Below are positions 12,313-25,090 of a stretch of 64,000 bases of DNA, in pieces. Position 1 is the first letter of the stretch. The number at the start of each line of letters is the position of its first letter. Source of the stretch: Carcharhinus amblyrhynchos (lineage: Eukaryota); assembly GCA_965287045.1 (NCBI GenBank), contig OZ336879.1:14694001-14758000 (forward strand), in the 5' to 3' direction. The notes under the pieces are model-generated. The model did not search any database, was not told the DNA's origin, and was given only the letters and a program-made list of their open reading frames with translations. The translations under genes and the position numbers were made by a program.

Positions 12313-12929
12313 CTCTCCACTTGCCTGGATGGGTGCATATGCAACAATCAAGAAGCTTGACATCATCCAACACAAAGCAACCCATTTGATCAGCACTCCA
12401 TTCTCCACCTTAAACAATTATTCTCCCCACAAAAGGCATAACATTGCTGCAATATATTCTACATACAGTTCTGCTGCTGAAACTTCATTGTTAGAACTTT
12501 GAAACCTGCTCTCAACTACTTAGAAGAATAAAGGCAGCAGGCACATAGAAACACCACCACTTCCACGTCCGTCTCCAAATCACGCAGCATTCTGACTTGG
12601 GACTCATTATGAATGCATGATTTCATAAGATGGTTATGTTTTAAACTGCCTCTTTTAAATTAAGATAAAGTGGAATACCCTGGAATGGGGGATGGGGGTC
12701 ATACGGATCTCTACCAGGAGACAAACCCATGGGTGGGAGAAATTCATAGTAAGTCGGCGAAACTTCAAATAATCAAGGATTTAAGACACTAACAAATTGT
12801 TAGCAATAATAGATCAGACCCACAGTTTAACAGGGGAACTGACAATATGAAAATTGAATGAACACAGTCAGAAATTTAAATACGTATGAGATTTGAATAA
12901 ATATTTCTGATTTTGGTATTTTAAAATAT

Positions 12930-13378
12930 ATTATAGCTGCTTGGTATGGCTCTTGCTCTGCTCAAGACCACAAGGAACTACAAAGAGTTGTGAACATAGC
13001 CCAGTCCATTACACAAACCAGATCCATCCATTGACTCCATCTACACTTCTCACTGCCTTGGAAAAACAACCAGCATGATCAAGGACCCCACGTACCATGG
13101 ACATACTCTTTTCCACCTTCATGCGCTAGGAAAAAGATACAAAAATTTGAGATCATGTCCCAACTGACTCAAGAACAGCTTCTTCTCTGCAGCCATCACC
13201 TGATATTAAATTGATCTTTCTCTACATTCTAACTATGAATGTAATATTATATTCTGCGCCCTCTCCTTTCCTTCTCCCCTATGTACTCTATGAATGGTTT
13301 GCTTTGCATAGTGTGCAGGAAACAATACTTTTCGTTGTATCCAATACATGTGACAAAGATAAATCAAATCAAATCAAA
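12930..13378 (+). mobile_element. Rex1/Babar-type LINE 3' end
   Basis: AWYGSCSAQDHKELQRVVNIAQSITQT...SIIKDPT..GH.LFH peptide; (aaatc)n tail. Confidence 0.8.
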
Positions 13379-15195
13379 ATACTCTCCCACCTGATCTGAC
13401 TAGTCCCCAGGTCTCACTATCCCTTCAATCACGTGATTGCACCCCCAACCCTGCATTGACTACCGAGTATAAGCCAAATACCTTCCTGATCATTCAACTA
13501 CCAGCTGACTTAACTGTCCATTCAAATCACCTACTCCTTATCCACCCTACTCCTTACCTTCTCACCCATGTTCCTACCTACCCGCCGCACACACTTACTC
13601 ACTTTACTCCCCTATATGCTTACAAGCTGCACACGTGACCCACCATATCCACCTCCCCCTACCTACTACCCAAAACCCCCTACCCAGTTACGCATTTCAC
13701 CCACCTACACCCTACTCACTTACCCACATCCCCACTATTGACATACTAATTTTTTGGGTAGAAGCAGACTTTAAATTAAGGTGGCAGTATGCTGGGATTT
13801 ATACCACATGTTGTACCCCAAGTTCTAGTCCAAGTTGCTTTCATGGGGTTGTACTCATCACCTACCGATTCACTCACTCAGCTGTTCATATCCATCCACC
13901 AACATTCAAATTGCATACATAACCTTACCAAAAGATAGCCAGTGCCAAAAAAAGGAGGCATACACTCTCTTCCCTGACTCTACTCTGATTTGCTAGAGTT
14001 CTCCAAGGGAGAACTACACTGTGCATGTCTGAACAAAGCTGGGCTCAGAAGGCTGTGCAGGAAATGTGCACTAGCATCTAGCCAGGAGAATTTAAAGAAA
14101 CAGCAGTAATCTGGCAACCATTGCCACTGGTTGGAAGACTGGAACCTTTTTCTACAAGGCTCCATATATGCCGCGACTGTGGAATATCACATAAATATGA
14201 CACTGGGTTGTTGACTTTATCAATTTGTTAATGTGCGATAATACCTGTTCAGTAATTTGAGTATCAGTTGCCTTGTAAGTAATATTTAGTTACTGTTGGT
14301 TTTAGCTTGTTTGTTACAGAAAACTTTTATTCATTAAATCTTCTTGTGAAATTGCGGATTGGAAAATTTACATCACTTCCTTAAAGTTATCACTCTCTAC
14401 AAAGATCAGAACACATTACATTGATGCTCCTTCATTGCTTCTGAGTCAGAACTTTGAAGCTCCCTTCCTAACTGCACTATGGATATACCTACACCACACA
14501 AACTAACCTGACTGAGTGGCCAGTTCTGTGCAGCATATTCCATGTAATCATTAGTTAGAAATTACAGTCAGTGCTATTCTGCTGAAGGAGAAATATAAAA
14601 AGAGTTGCTGACTTGCATCACTTGGTTTACACTACCGTTTGATATCAAACTGAATCCCAAGGTTCCAGCTTCCTCAGCATTTTGAGCATATTGTGCCCTC
14701 TTCCTGAAAGCCCTCAGCAGTTTTGAATGAAACCACTACTGTTAACCTGTGTGGTTTTGTTTCCCGCTTTCTTGCCCTTACAGGCAGCATTTAGAGCTTG
14801 ACATTTGACTAATTTTCTAGTACAAGCATTGGCTCGGTGTCAATCAAATCTTTTATGACTCCCCTGCCTCTGAAACTAAACTCGTGCGGAGCTCTGTAGA
14901 GAAACCATTCCCTCTTCGGGGTGGGAATGTTTGCTGGGAGCTCCCGTAATGATCAAAATGCTTCCTTATTTTGTGATAGACATGAATAATGATGGCAATG
15001 TTAATACAGAATTAACTAATGCTGCAGACGATAACTCGTTTTGAAATGAAAATGCAAAAATCCATTAGATTTTTAAAACCCAACACTTAACATTAACTTT
15101 TCTAGATTCATTCTTGTGGAAATATATCCCAAAACATACCAAATGAGATCATGTTTATTTATCGGACTTACACCATCAAATAATCTTGTGCCAAT

Positions 15196-15724
15196 TAAGA
15201 ACAAAGAACAAAGAAAAGTACAGCACAGGAACAGGCCATTCAGCCATCCAAACCTGCACCAACCATTCTGTTCCACTGAACTAAACCGCCACCACCCCCT
15301 TCCTTTCCTTTCACGGACCATATCTCTCTATTCCCATCCTATTAATGTATTTGGCAAGACGCCCCTTAAAAGTCACTATCGTATCTGTTCTCGCTACCTC
15401 CCCAGCAGCAAGTTTCAGACACCCATCACCCTCTGTGTAAAAAAATCTTCCCTCACACATTTCCTTTCAATCTTGCCCCTGGCACCTTAAACCTATGCCC
15501 CCTAGAAATTGTATCTTCCACCTTGGGAAAAAGCTTGTGACTATCCGCTCTGTCCATGCACCTCATAATCTTTTAGACTTCCATCTGTTTGCCCCTCAAC
15601 CTCCGTCGCTCCAGTGAGAACAAACCAAGTTTCTCCAACCTCCTCACGTAACTAATGCCCTCCATATTAGGCAACATCCTGGTAAATCTTTTCTGTGCCC
15701 TCTCCAAAGCCTCCACATCCTTCT
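15196..15724 (-). mobile_element. CR1 3' fragment
   Basis: Reverse tail aagaacaaagaacaaag; decayed ORF2 end. Confidence 0.85.
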
Positions 15725-16244
15725 GATATCTATCCATCTGTTATCTGTAACCGATTAATATGTGAAAACTGATTGAACCAATAAACCTGTGTAGTTGTTT
15801 GAATATAAATCCTACTGTATAATTTTTAGACTATTTAAATGAGTGTTTCGAATCTATATGCTATGCGAAACCACATTCTAATATGTGCTTCCGGTCGGCA
15901 AGATCTCATGTTTTGCATTGCTAGAAAATTATCCCTTTGGTATTCTGAATGTTGTTCCAAAAGATTACTATGGCCCATGTGTTTCAAAATGCCCTCTGTT
16001 TATGAGGCATTATCAGCTACATGGTTCAGTGAAGGTACTTCTGCCAATGAGTCACTGCTAATCCCACTCCAGAGACTCGAGAACAGAATCTAGCCTGACA
16101 TGTTGGTACAATACCAAGGGTGCTGAGCTGCTGGCAAGTGGGTATCCGTTGGCGAGTCCACAATTTATTTCCATCCCAAATTGCAGAAGGTAGTGTGCAG
16201 AAGTAGTGCTGGATTTTTTTTTCTTGAACTACTGCAATTATTTT

Positions 16245-16533
16245 GTGGTGACACAGTGGTCAGCACCGCTGCCTCACAGTACCAGGGACCCAGTTTCGAT
16301 TCCCGGCTTGGGGCACTGTCTATGTGGAATTTGCCTATACTCCCTATGTCACGTGGGTTTCCTCCGGGTGCTACAGTTTCCTCACATAGTCCAAGGATGT
16401 GCAAGTTAGATGAATTGGCCATGCTAAATTCTCCCTCAGTGTATCTGAACCAGCGCCAGAGTAACTAGGGGTTTTCACAGTAACTTCACTGCAGTGTGAA
16501 TGTAAAGCCTATTTGTGACTAATAATTAAACTA
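16245..16533 (+). mobile_element. V-SINE, tail type B
   Basis: Head ggtgacacagtggtcagcaccgctgcc, B box gtttcgattcc, type B tail. Confidence 0.88.
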
Positions 16534-16599
16534 TTCTTTAATTATTTTAAGGATGGTGCTTCCCTCATGATAGTGGACTGAGGATTCAAGTACTTTGAT

Positions 16600-17090
16600 T
16601 CAGTGGTAGTGGAGATTTGTTAACAGTTGCCCATGTCAGGAGGATGCCTGATTTGAAGTAAAACCTGGGAGTGTTGGCTTGCCTATGTACAAGCTGCCCT
16701 TGCCCTTCTAGGTGGTAGAGGTCACAGGTTTGGGAATTACTGTGGAAGAAACTTTGATGAATCACTGTAATACATTCAATGGGTGGTATATATTGCAGCC
16801 TGCAGCGAGCTGGTTGTGAAAGGAGTGGATATCTAAGCTTTGCCCTGATTGATGTTGAGCTTTTGAAGTGTTATTGCACCTGTGCCATCCAAGTATTCGA
16901 TTGTGCACCCAACTTAAGCTTTGCTGACAACGGAGAGGCCATGTCTTTCTTCACGCGTGAACTGCTTCATTATCTGAGGAGTTAAGAAACAGCTCCATTT
17001 CTAAGGTGGGTGAAGGTGTAGGTGAAGATGATTGGACCGAGGATACTGCCTTGAGGAACTCCTGCATCAACGTCCAAGTCGGTAATGACC
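16600..17090 (-). mobile_element. Family C LINE fragments
   Basis: Minus ORF ends DVDAGVPQGSILGPIIF (RT motif); 3' region similar to 55633-56078. Confidence 0.65.
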
Positions 17091-17720
17091 AATGCTTGGG
17101 GTTTCCCGCTCCCATTCTCTTTGGAAAGACTCACTGATGGGATTGAAAATATCATGAGAAGGTCAAGATCATGTTTTGCATGGTGTGAACACGTGATGTG
17201 ATTGTCCCTGACCATTACGTACCCCTGAATCATTCCCCCACACCCAGCAGAAAATCTATCCACGTCAGCATACTGCAGAGTGGTGCAAAACTCAACAACT
17301 CTCCCAAGACATGCACATGGCAAATGGCCATCCCAGGGAAGCTCAGGTGACTGCAACACTCAGGATGGAGACAGTGATGTCTGGGCATTGCATGGGGGCA
17401 AGGGGTTCCAGGGTGAATTATTTTGCACTTGGTCAGCCTTTAAACATGGTAGCCTCGAGTGACTGTGTTGGTGGTGAGATCAAATTAGGAACTGCTCGAC
17501 CAGTGACATTTCAAACCCCAACCACTCCTTTAACTTTTTTTCTTCAAAGTCCAGGACTTTACGATGGCTTCAATGTTCCTTTATCCTGCCTACCATTAAC
17601 CTTTGCCAGCTTTCGGGAAAATTTCGGCCCATGTTCTCTTGTGCGAGGTACGGCGCCAACCAGTTGGAGATTTGCCCATTGACGTGAATTTTATTTATGT
17701 TCCTTGACACCAGACTCTAT

Positions 17721-18743
17721 GGGGGCGATTCTCCCAACCTGCCTCGCTAGCTTTTTATTGCAGCAGACCTGGAAAATTGCATGTCAGCCGATTCGCAGGA
17801 TTTGCGCGTGCGTCCCCTCTGCACACGCATCTCCCAGCGCCGGATACCTGGTGTCGTCTGATTTGCGCTAGAAATGGCGGGAATACCAGTTAAGTTATAT
17901 TAATGTAATTTAACTGTAATTTAAATGTGATTGTCGGACCCAGGACAGAAGTCTCTGGGCCAGATATCATATCCCAACCCGCCAGGGTATTTCACTCCAG
18001 CAGGATTCAAATTATCTCCCCACTTTCAGGAAACTAGTGGAATGAACCCACTGTAGTGAAAGGGAGGCAATTGCAGCCCCCTGGTGGGCAAGGGTGCAGT
18101 GCCCCCTGGACATGGGCACCCTGGCAGTGCCCCCGGCACTGCCGAAGGAGCAAAGTGCCCACGCCCAAGTGCACCTTTGCACTGCCCACTGGACATGGGG
18201 CAGAGCCAAGGGGGTGAGGTCTGCTGGGTGCAGCCAAAGGGTGAGGTTTGTTGAGAAGAGTCCTAGGGGGCCAGCAGTGGGGGTGGGGGGATCCCGCTGG
18301 CACTCTGCCATTGCAATCAATGGGGGTCGGAGGCAGTCCAGCGATTGAGGTGGGTTGGGGAGGGACCAGCCAAGGGGGTCTGCCGGCTCTATGTGTGTGT
18401 GCGCGGGGTGGGGGTTGGAGGGGCTGGAGAATGGGAGGTCCGGGACAGCAGGGGTGATTTGGGGCTGGCCTGTGAATGAATGGGGAGCTGCGATTGGATC
18501 GTGAGGGGGTTGGAGGGATAGCATTGCAGCAGCCTTGGGCCACTGGCCAGCAATTATGAAGGTGAACTGTCAGCCTCCTGAGTGGGAATAGGCCCTGCCT
18601 CCTGAAATGTAATGATAATTGTACTGGTGGCCTCTGCATTGCTCAGAGTGTGGGAGATTCTAGTGTGAACTCCCACCAAAGAAAACGGGATGACTCACTC
18701 CAGTTTCCCCACGAATTCGAGCTTTTATGGGAGAATCCCGGTC
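17721..18743. mobile_element. Non-autonomous Harbinger-type element
   Basis: TIR core gattctccca/tgggagaatc; flanks tat/tgt; internal ggcactgcc-rich block shared in inverse with 27600-27800. Confidence 0.7.
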
Positions 18744-20188
18744 TGTGTGAACGGGCGTAAACATCTTGGATGATGGTGTCAAATTTCTGATGTTAATTCT
18801 GGCTCCTGTTATACATTCCTTCTGATTTTCAGTTTCCAAAGTTTGTAGATGCTGGTTTAGTTCCATTTCACCCTTTCTAGAAAAGTCCCAGAACCTCTGA
18901 AGCAGCATAAAGGGTGTGGAGTTCTGATATTAAGGACCTTCACCCCTTCTGAAAATTTGATGTCAGACAATGGGCATTATTACGGGCAAACAATTAAGAG
19001 AACTCACCTCGGCTTAGCACATTCAAAATGGTTTGTTGCCATCCTGCAAATTCTAAAATATTAGCATTGTGCAGTGCCTTATCTTAATTACGAACAGAAG
19101 AATTCAACACCTGCTCTGAGCACTTTAGCAAGACAATCTCACCCTCTCCTTGTCCTGATGTTTCCTGCACTTTTAGTCTTAAAACATATAAGTGGTGTGA
19201 ACTAATATGATAGATTGATTTTCTAGCCTGCATGGAAACCCTTCATCAATGTAAGAGGGATTTCAATTAATTTTGTAGGAAAATAGAATAACAGCACTGA
19301 GAAAAACAATTAAAGTTGCCAGATTTGTTCTTTCTACTGCAGTTGTTTTTTCAGTTTGTTGATTGTTATAACGATTCATTCAAAAACTGAGTTCAGAAGG
19401 TGATGTTTGAGCCAAGAAATGGCAATGTTGTTATGACGAGAAAATGGGCATGCTTATCTCCAGACAAACCAGTCAGGTTTCTTTCCAGAATCTACCACAC
19501 TCTGCCAAAAAAAATTAGAGAGTCATCATACAGGGGGGTGGGGCTTAAACACGCCGGCAAAACCCGACTGCTCAGAGATTGAGGCGTCATCTTCAAAGGA
19601 TGACCCGCTCAGGTCAGAACTCTGATGAAACCTCACCCCAGCTCCAACACTGAGGCCTCATGTCCTGTCCCCCTCCTGCTCCACAACCCTGATCAGAGCA
19701 AGCATTCAATCCAACCACCTCTCTCGCCGTCTGCACCTCCTTCCTGCCCCCCCCCCAAACCCCCGTGATCACAGGCTCCCCCGCCCCCCATTACACCTTC
19801 AGGTCAGTGATCCCCATGACACATTCAGGTCAGTGAGAATCTATTGTGAAATGCACCAAGGTGACGTCACGTCAGAGCAGTGTCAATTTTGGCAGGAGTC
19901 AAGGTGCGGCAGGGGTTAGGGAGTGGTGGGGAATGCTGGTTAACACTATTAATATTCATGCTAATGTATGCAAATCAGGTTCACGCCTCTGGCATTGTTG
20001 ATGAGGGACAAGGAAGATCCAAAGTTGTGTTCTTGTCTGCGAGACCTACAACTTCTGAGTTTTGAGTCTCTGGTGGCAACTTTGCAGGCAGCGACCGTGG
20101 TCTCAAGGAGTTCAAAACTTCATTTGCTAAATATATCCTTCATAATTGGCATAATATTGGCTGGTGATGTTTCTCAGTTTGTAGGATT

Positions 20189-20552
20189 TCATAGAATCCC
20201 TACAATGCAGAAGAGGCCATTCGGCCCATCAAGTCTGCAAAAACTCTCTGACTGAATACCTCACCCAGGCCCTTTCTCCTTTCTCCCGCCCCATCCGTGT
20301 AACTCCACATAGTTACCATGGCTAATCCAGCTGACCGACACATCTTGGGACTCTAAGGGGCAATTTGCCGTGACCAATCAAACTCACCTGCACACCTTTG
20401 GAGTGTGGGAGGAAATCAGAGCACTCGAAGGAAACCCATGCAGACATGAGGAGAATGTGCAAACTCCATACAGTGAGTTACCCAAAACCAGACTTGAACA
20501 TAGGTCCCTGGAGATGTGAGATAGCAGTGCTAACCACTGTGCCAATGTGCCA
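20189..20552 (-). mobile_element. HE1-type V-SINE
   Basis: Colinear with 4410-4726. Confidence 0.88.
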
Positions 20553-20558
20553 TGCTAT

Positions 20559-20973
20559 TGTTGCAGACCTCCTCCTAGGACCACTATTAACAGGGTGAGA
20601 GAGGGATGACTAGCGAGTCCTGACTTGGAACTTCGATTGTTATACAACTTTAAGAAGTTATATAAGATCTGTGGGGACAACCGAGGCTCAACAGTCTAGA
20701 TTTAAGAAGCCTTTAGCCTTAATTGCCTTTAATCAGGGGCAATGCGCAACTTGGATCGATGAAGGGACAGAGAAGTGGATCAGTTCAGGATGAAGTTGCA
20801 GTGAGGTGAGTGCAGGAAACTAATCACTGTTTTGCTCATTGCTGTAGTTAAAGATGCAACGATTGTGGCTGAATAAACCTGACTTCTGTGCAACTCTTGT
20901 CTACATAGTGTGGCCTGACCTGCATGTTTTAGTTACTCTGTGTCGTGAAGGGCCACGACCCTCCCTTGCTGCA
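20559..20973 (+). mobile_element. Candidate solo LTR
   Basis: TG...CA ends; flanks gctat/gccat (5-bp TSD, 1 mismatch); tatataa at ~20659 and aataaa at ~20872. Confidence 0.45.
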
Positions 20974-22427
20974 GCCATTTAATATTTAATGCTCTTGATC
21001 ATCAAGCCGGTGACAACAGGGTTTCCAGGCTGAACACTGTCATGTCTTTTCAATCGGAGTCAGCATGTCATGTTTCTTGGAGGCACTGGTGAGCGATTGT
21101 GTTCAGCAACTGCACCTTGCACAGTCGGATGAGCAGATACTTTGCAATTTATACCAATTAAACAATGATTAAACTGCTTAACACAAGTCAAGGAGCTGCA
21201 GGTAAATTTTTATTGGTCAGTTCCTTCCTGTTAAACAAATGTGTAAGTCACTGAGATCAAGCATCACTAATTGCAAGCGTGCACCATTTGAAAATTGTGC
21301 TGTAGAATTCCACAGACCTATGACCTGTAAGTGAAAAAGTCCCACAAGCTCGATTGCCCCCAAGAACAAATGAAGTAAATCCTCAGACTGCAATTATATG
21401 TATGACGAGCCTTTCAGCATTCTTCACAGTGCAGTTGTGTGGCGGGAAAATAGCAATGATTCATCTATGTTGATTCTCCTTTATTGTCACTCTAAGTGCT
21501 GTCAGGAATCTCTCTGTACCGTGTGGGACCAGGAGGCACCTCCTTCTTCCATCTGCTTCCGTGGTGATCTATGAACAGACATCTGGCTCCCTGATTGGGC
21601 TGCCAGAAAACTTGTTTACGAGGATTGAATGAAGTCATGCATGACCACACACACATACAAACAGTGACATGTAGACAGGCCTGGCACATGGAGATTTTGT
21701 GAATTTAATGAAACCCAACAGCAGTAAGTGAGTTCCCAGTGAATATGAAATGTCGCAACATGAATCTATTATTTGATTTACATCCGAATTGGATGTTAAT
21801 TTGTGTTCCATTTGAAGCAGTTCTATAATAAATTTGCATGTTCCTTACCTGCCCACTTTCTTCTCCTGTGAGGAGGGTTTCTCAGTAGGGCATGCTCCAC
21901 AGTTACTTTAGTAATACATCTCTGAAGCAAGTGAGCAGAGGTGAATGTCGTGCGTATGAAATTTCGGCAGTCAAAATTCCCATTGATGCTGTTGACAGAG
22001 CTGAAAGAAAGCTATTGAAACAGGGTAAGCTAAATTTCTGTTCCGTAAAAAGGACCCCCAATGTCCGGACAAATTCTTGGTCTTCACCTCGTATGGTATA
22101 AGTGTGACACACACACAACCCTTTTTTTATTAGAAATGTAGCTATCGCCTTCTTGAAATCATCCAATGATTCAGGCTCCACTGCGCTATGGGGCAGTGAG
22201 CCCCACAAAGGCCCCAACCTTTGATCATCAAGTCGATGACAACAGGGTTTCCAGACTGAACACTGTCATGTCTTTTCAATCGGCCAATGAAAGTTCAGAG
22301 GACACACTATCTGTCCAGTTAAGGATGTCAGGTAAGCTCTGCAATCTGGAAAACCAAAAAGAGGCCCTCCATCATTGACAGTGTTACAACCTGCTAATAC
22401 AAGTAAGAGCGGGAGAGGGTGCCTCGA

Positions 22428-22967
22428 GGTAGGAATGTAGGAACATAGGAATTAGGAGCAGAAGTAGACAAATTCAGCCCTTGGAGCCTGCTCCGCCATT
22501 CAGTCAGATCATGACTGATCTCTCCCTGATCTCAAATCCACCTCCCCACCTGTTCCCCATATCCCTTATCCCTTTATTATTAGAAATATAGCTATCTCCT
22601 TCTTGAAATCATCCATTGATTCAGACTCCATTGTGCTGTGGGGCGGCAAATTCCACAAATTCACCACCCCCTGTGAGAAGCAGTCCCCCCTCACCTCAGT
22701 TTTAAATCTACCATCTCTCAATCCACCCCTGAGACCTCTTGTTCCAGATTGCCCCATAAGAGGAAACATTTATTCTATCAATCCATTTTAAAATTTTATA
22801 TACCTCGATCAGACCCCCCCTTCACCCTTCTAAACTCCAGTGAGTACAAGCACAAACTGTTGAATCTCTCCTCAGATGTCAACCCTTTCATCTCCATTAT
22901 CAATCTGGCAAACATCCTCTGAACTGTCTCCAATGCCACCATATCCTTCCTCAAATAAGGAGACCAA
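22428..22967 (-). mobile_element. CR1 3' fragment
   Basis: ORF 22566-22769 FKTEVRGDCFSQGVVNLWNL; reverse tail (taggaaca-type). Confidence 0.88.
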
Positions 22968-24332
22968 TCCTCTCAGCATTTATAAAATGCTGCATTTTAA
23001 AATGGTCATGGCTGCCACACTGTCTTTGTGGAGAGGACGACACTGTACAGGTCAGCCTACCATCATTTATAAGTCAATTTGTGGGCTATTGGGATGCTTA
23101 ATTATTGAAATGGAGGCGGCCTGCCTGGTTTGTAGCTGTAAAGTGAATTAATGGTATGACAAGTGACATATTAGGCATAAATTGTAACAAATTAACCTCA
23201 GTAGTTGGTATCGTTGTCTTTGTCCTAACCGTTAATATATTCATCAATGTTGTTGCCAATTTAATGAAGGAGCACTCCTCCATTCAAACTGTTATTGTTC
23301 TGCTCAGCAGAAATGACTATCACCAGCATGGAGTTGGAACAGATTGCTTACACCAAGGCAGAAGAACATAGACAGCAGAAGATTACATGGCTGACTGAGT
23401 GATATTTATGAAACAGATCATGCAATTGCATTAATGTTTCATTCAGCTCTATTCACCGGTCTCCAACTCAGTTTTGACAGTAAAAGTGAACTCACAGAAC
23501 ATTAGATTTAGTAAATATTTTCCTGAAGCAATGTTGGATCAGCCTTGGCAACCAAATGTAACAAATAAAGATAGGGTAGAGTTGCCATCGTATCAGGTGA
23601 CCAGAAGCTGCTCTGCCCTCTGAGGGGGAGAGCTGACTATTAGTGATTTAGCCTGAGGATCATCCAAACCTCAGGCAAGAGACAAGATTGAGAAGGCGGG
23701 TCTTTCGGAAAAACAAATGTAGCTGAGCAGTCTTAGCTTCTTTGCAGAAATAAAAAGCACAACCCAACAGAGGCTGGAAATCCATGGTGGTAGGGAACAT
23801 GCTGGAAGCTCTTGTGTGGAGAGGGAAGCAGATCAGGTGAGGACCTTTCATCAGAGTTCAGTCAAACTGTTCAGCATTTTGTGTTGTTATTTTTCACGAG
23901 AAAGAAGACCACAAATTCTGTTTGTAATTAGTCTGCTATGACATTGCTCTTTCCTTTGACAACAATCACAGTTCCAGTAGTAAAGGTAGTACCGACATTC
24001 AAATCAATGGAAGACAACAAATCACAATCATTTCGGAAAAACTCCCCCTCTTGATAGGAATGATCTAGGATTCAAACCCATGCTTTACTGGAGCAGATAC
24101 AATTAAACAGGGATTTTCACTGACTATTTAAAAGCAATTTACTTTTCACTAAATTGGTTGTCAGGTTGTAAAAGGTGTCTGAAATTGGACAAGAAGTGGT
24201 TGATAGGTAATAACTACTTCCTTCTTGTGGTCAACCTGGGATTCACATCCAGAAAAAGTATAAAACTGTTTAACTACAAGAGTCATCAATAAGTTTCTCA
24301 AATGAATTGGGAGATTGATTATTGTAAGCAAT

Positions 24333-24615
24333 GGGCCGGCATGGTGGCACAGAGATTAGCACTACTGCCTCACAGTACCAGGGACCCGGGTTCAATTCCT
24401 GGCTTGGGTGACTGTCTGTCCGGTGTCTGTACGTTCTCCTTGTGTCTGTGTGCTTTCCTCCCACAGTCTGAAAGATGTGCTGGTTAGGTACATTGTCCAT
24501 GCTAAATTCTCCCTCAGTGTACCCGAATAGGTGCCAGAGTGTGGCTGCTAGGTAACTTCACAGTAATTTCATTGTAGTGTAAACCTACTTGTGACACTAA
24601 TAAATCAAACTTTAA
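24333..24615 (+). mobile_element. V-SINE, tail type B
   Basis: Full head with B box ggttcaattcc and type B tail. Confidence 0.9.
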
Positions 24616-24796
24616 TGAGGAACCAATCTTGATTCAAGACAAATCTTGGTTCTGATATGTGGATGTACTTTTAAATACATGCAATTATGTTCATATTTAA
24701 TTTAAAGGGTGTTATATATGGTAAACCAATTCATGTCTGTGTAATGTGTCATATTAGTAACATCACTAGAGGCATGTGGGAGACTTTCCTTCTCTT

Positions 24797-25090
24797 CCAC
24801 AATGGATAGCACTGCTGCCACACAATGCCAGAGTCCCAAGTTCAATTCCTGACTTGGGTGGCTGTGTGGTATTTGCACGTTCTCCCTGAGTCTGCGTGGG
24901 TTTTCTCTGGATGCACCTGTTTCCTGCCACAGTCCAAAGGATGTGCTGGAAAGATCTGCCCGTCATGCTAAATTCTCCCTCAGTGTGCCGAACAGGTGTC
25001 AGAGTGCGGCAACTAGGGGATTTTCACAGTAACTTCATTGCAGTATTAATATAAACCGACTTGTGACAATAATAAATAAATGTAAACTTA
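24797..25090 (+). mobile_element. V-SINE, tail type B
   Basis: Colinear with 24333-24615. Confidence 0.88.

Larger units (their letters stand above)
10590..12600 (+). mobile_element. Decayed, internally deleted family C LINE (SINE-like head, endonuclease fragments, 3' region) with nested insertions
   Basis: Head 10600-10850 homologous to family C SINE; EN-like remnants at 10985-11080 and 11700-11830; 3' region 11950-11983 + 12313-12600 homologous to 41940-42290. Confidence 0.6.

Noticed and set aside
18012-18639. 170-201 aa Pro-rich ORFs
   Set aside because: Stop-poor GC-rich interior of a non-autonomous DNA transposon; no domain
21903-22024. Candidate + strand exon (ccacag|...cagg|gtaagc; YFSNTSLKQVSRGECRAYEISAVKIPIDAVDRAERKLLKQG)
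   Set aside because: Good donor but weak polypyrimidine tract, unrecognised peptide and no partner exons; needs RNA-seq or tblastn
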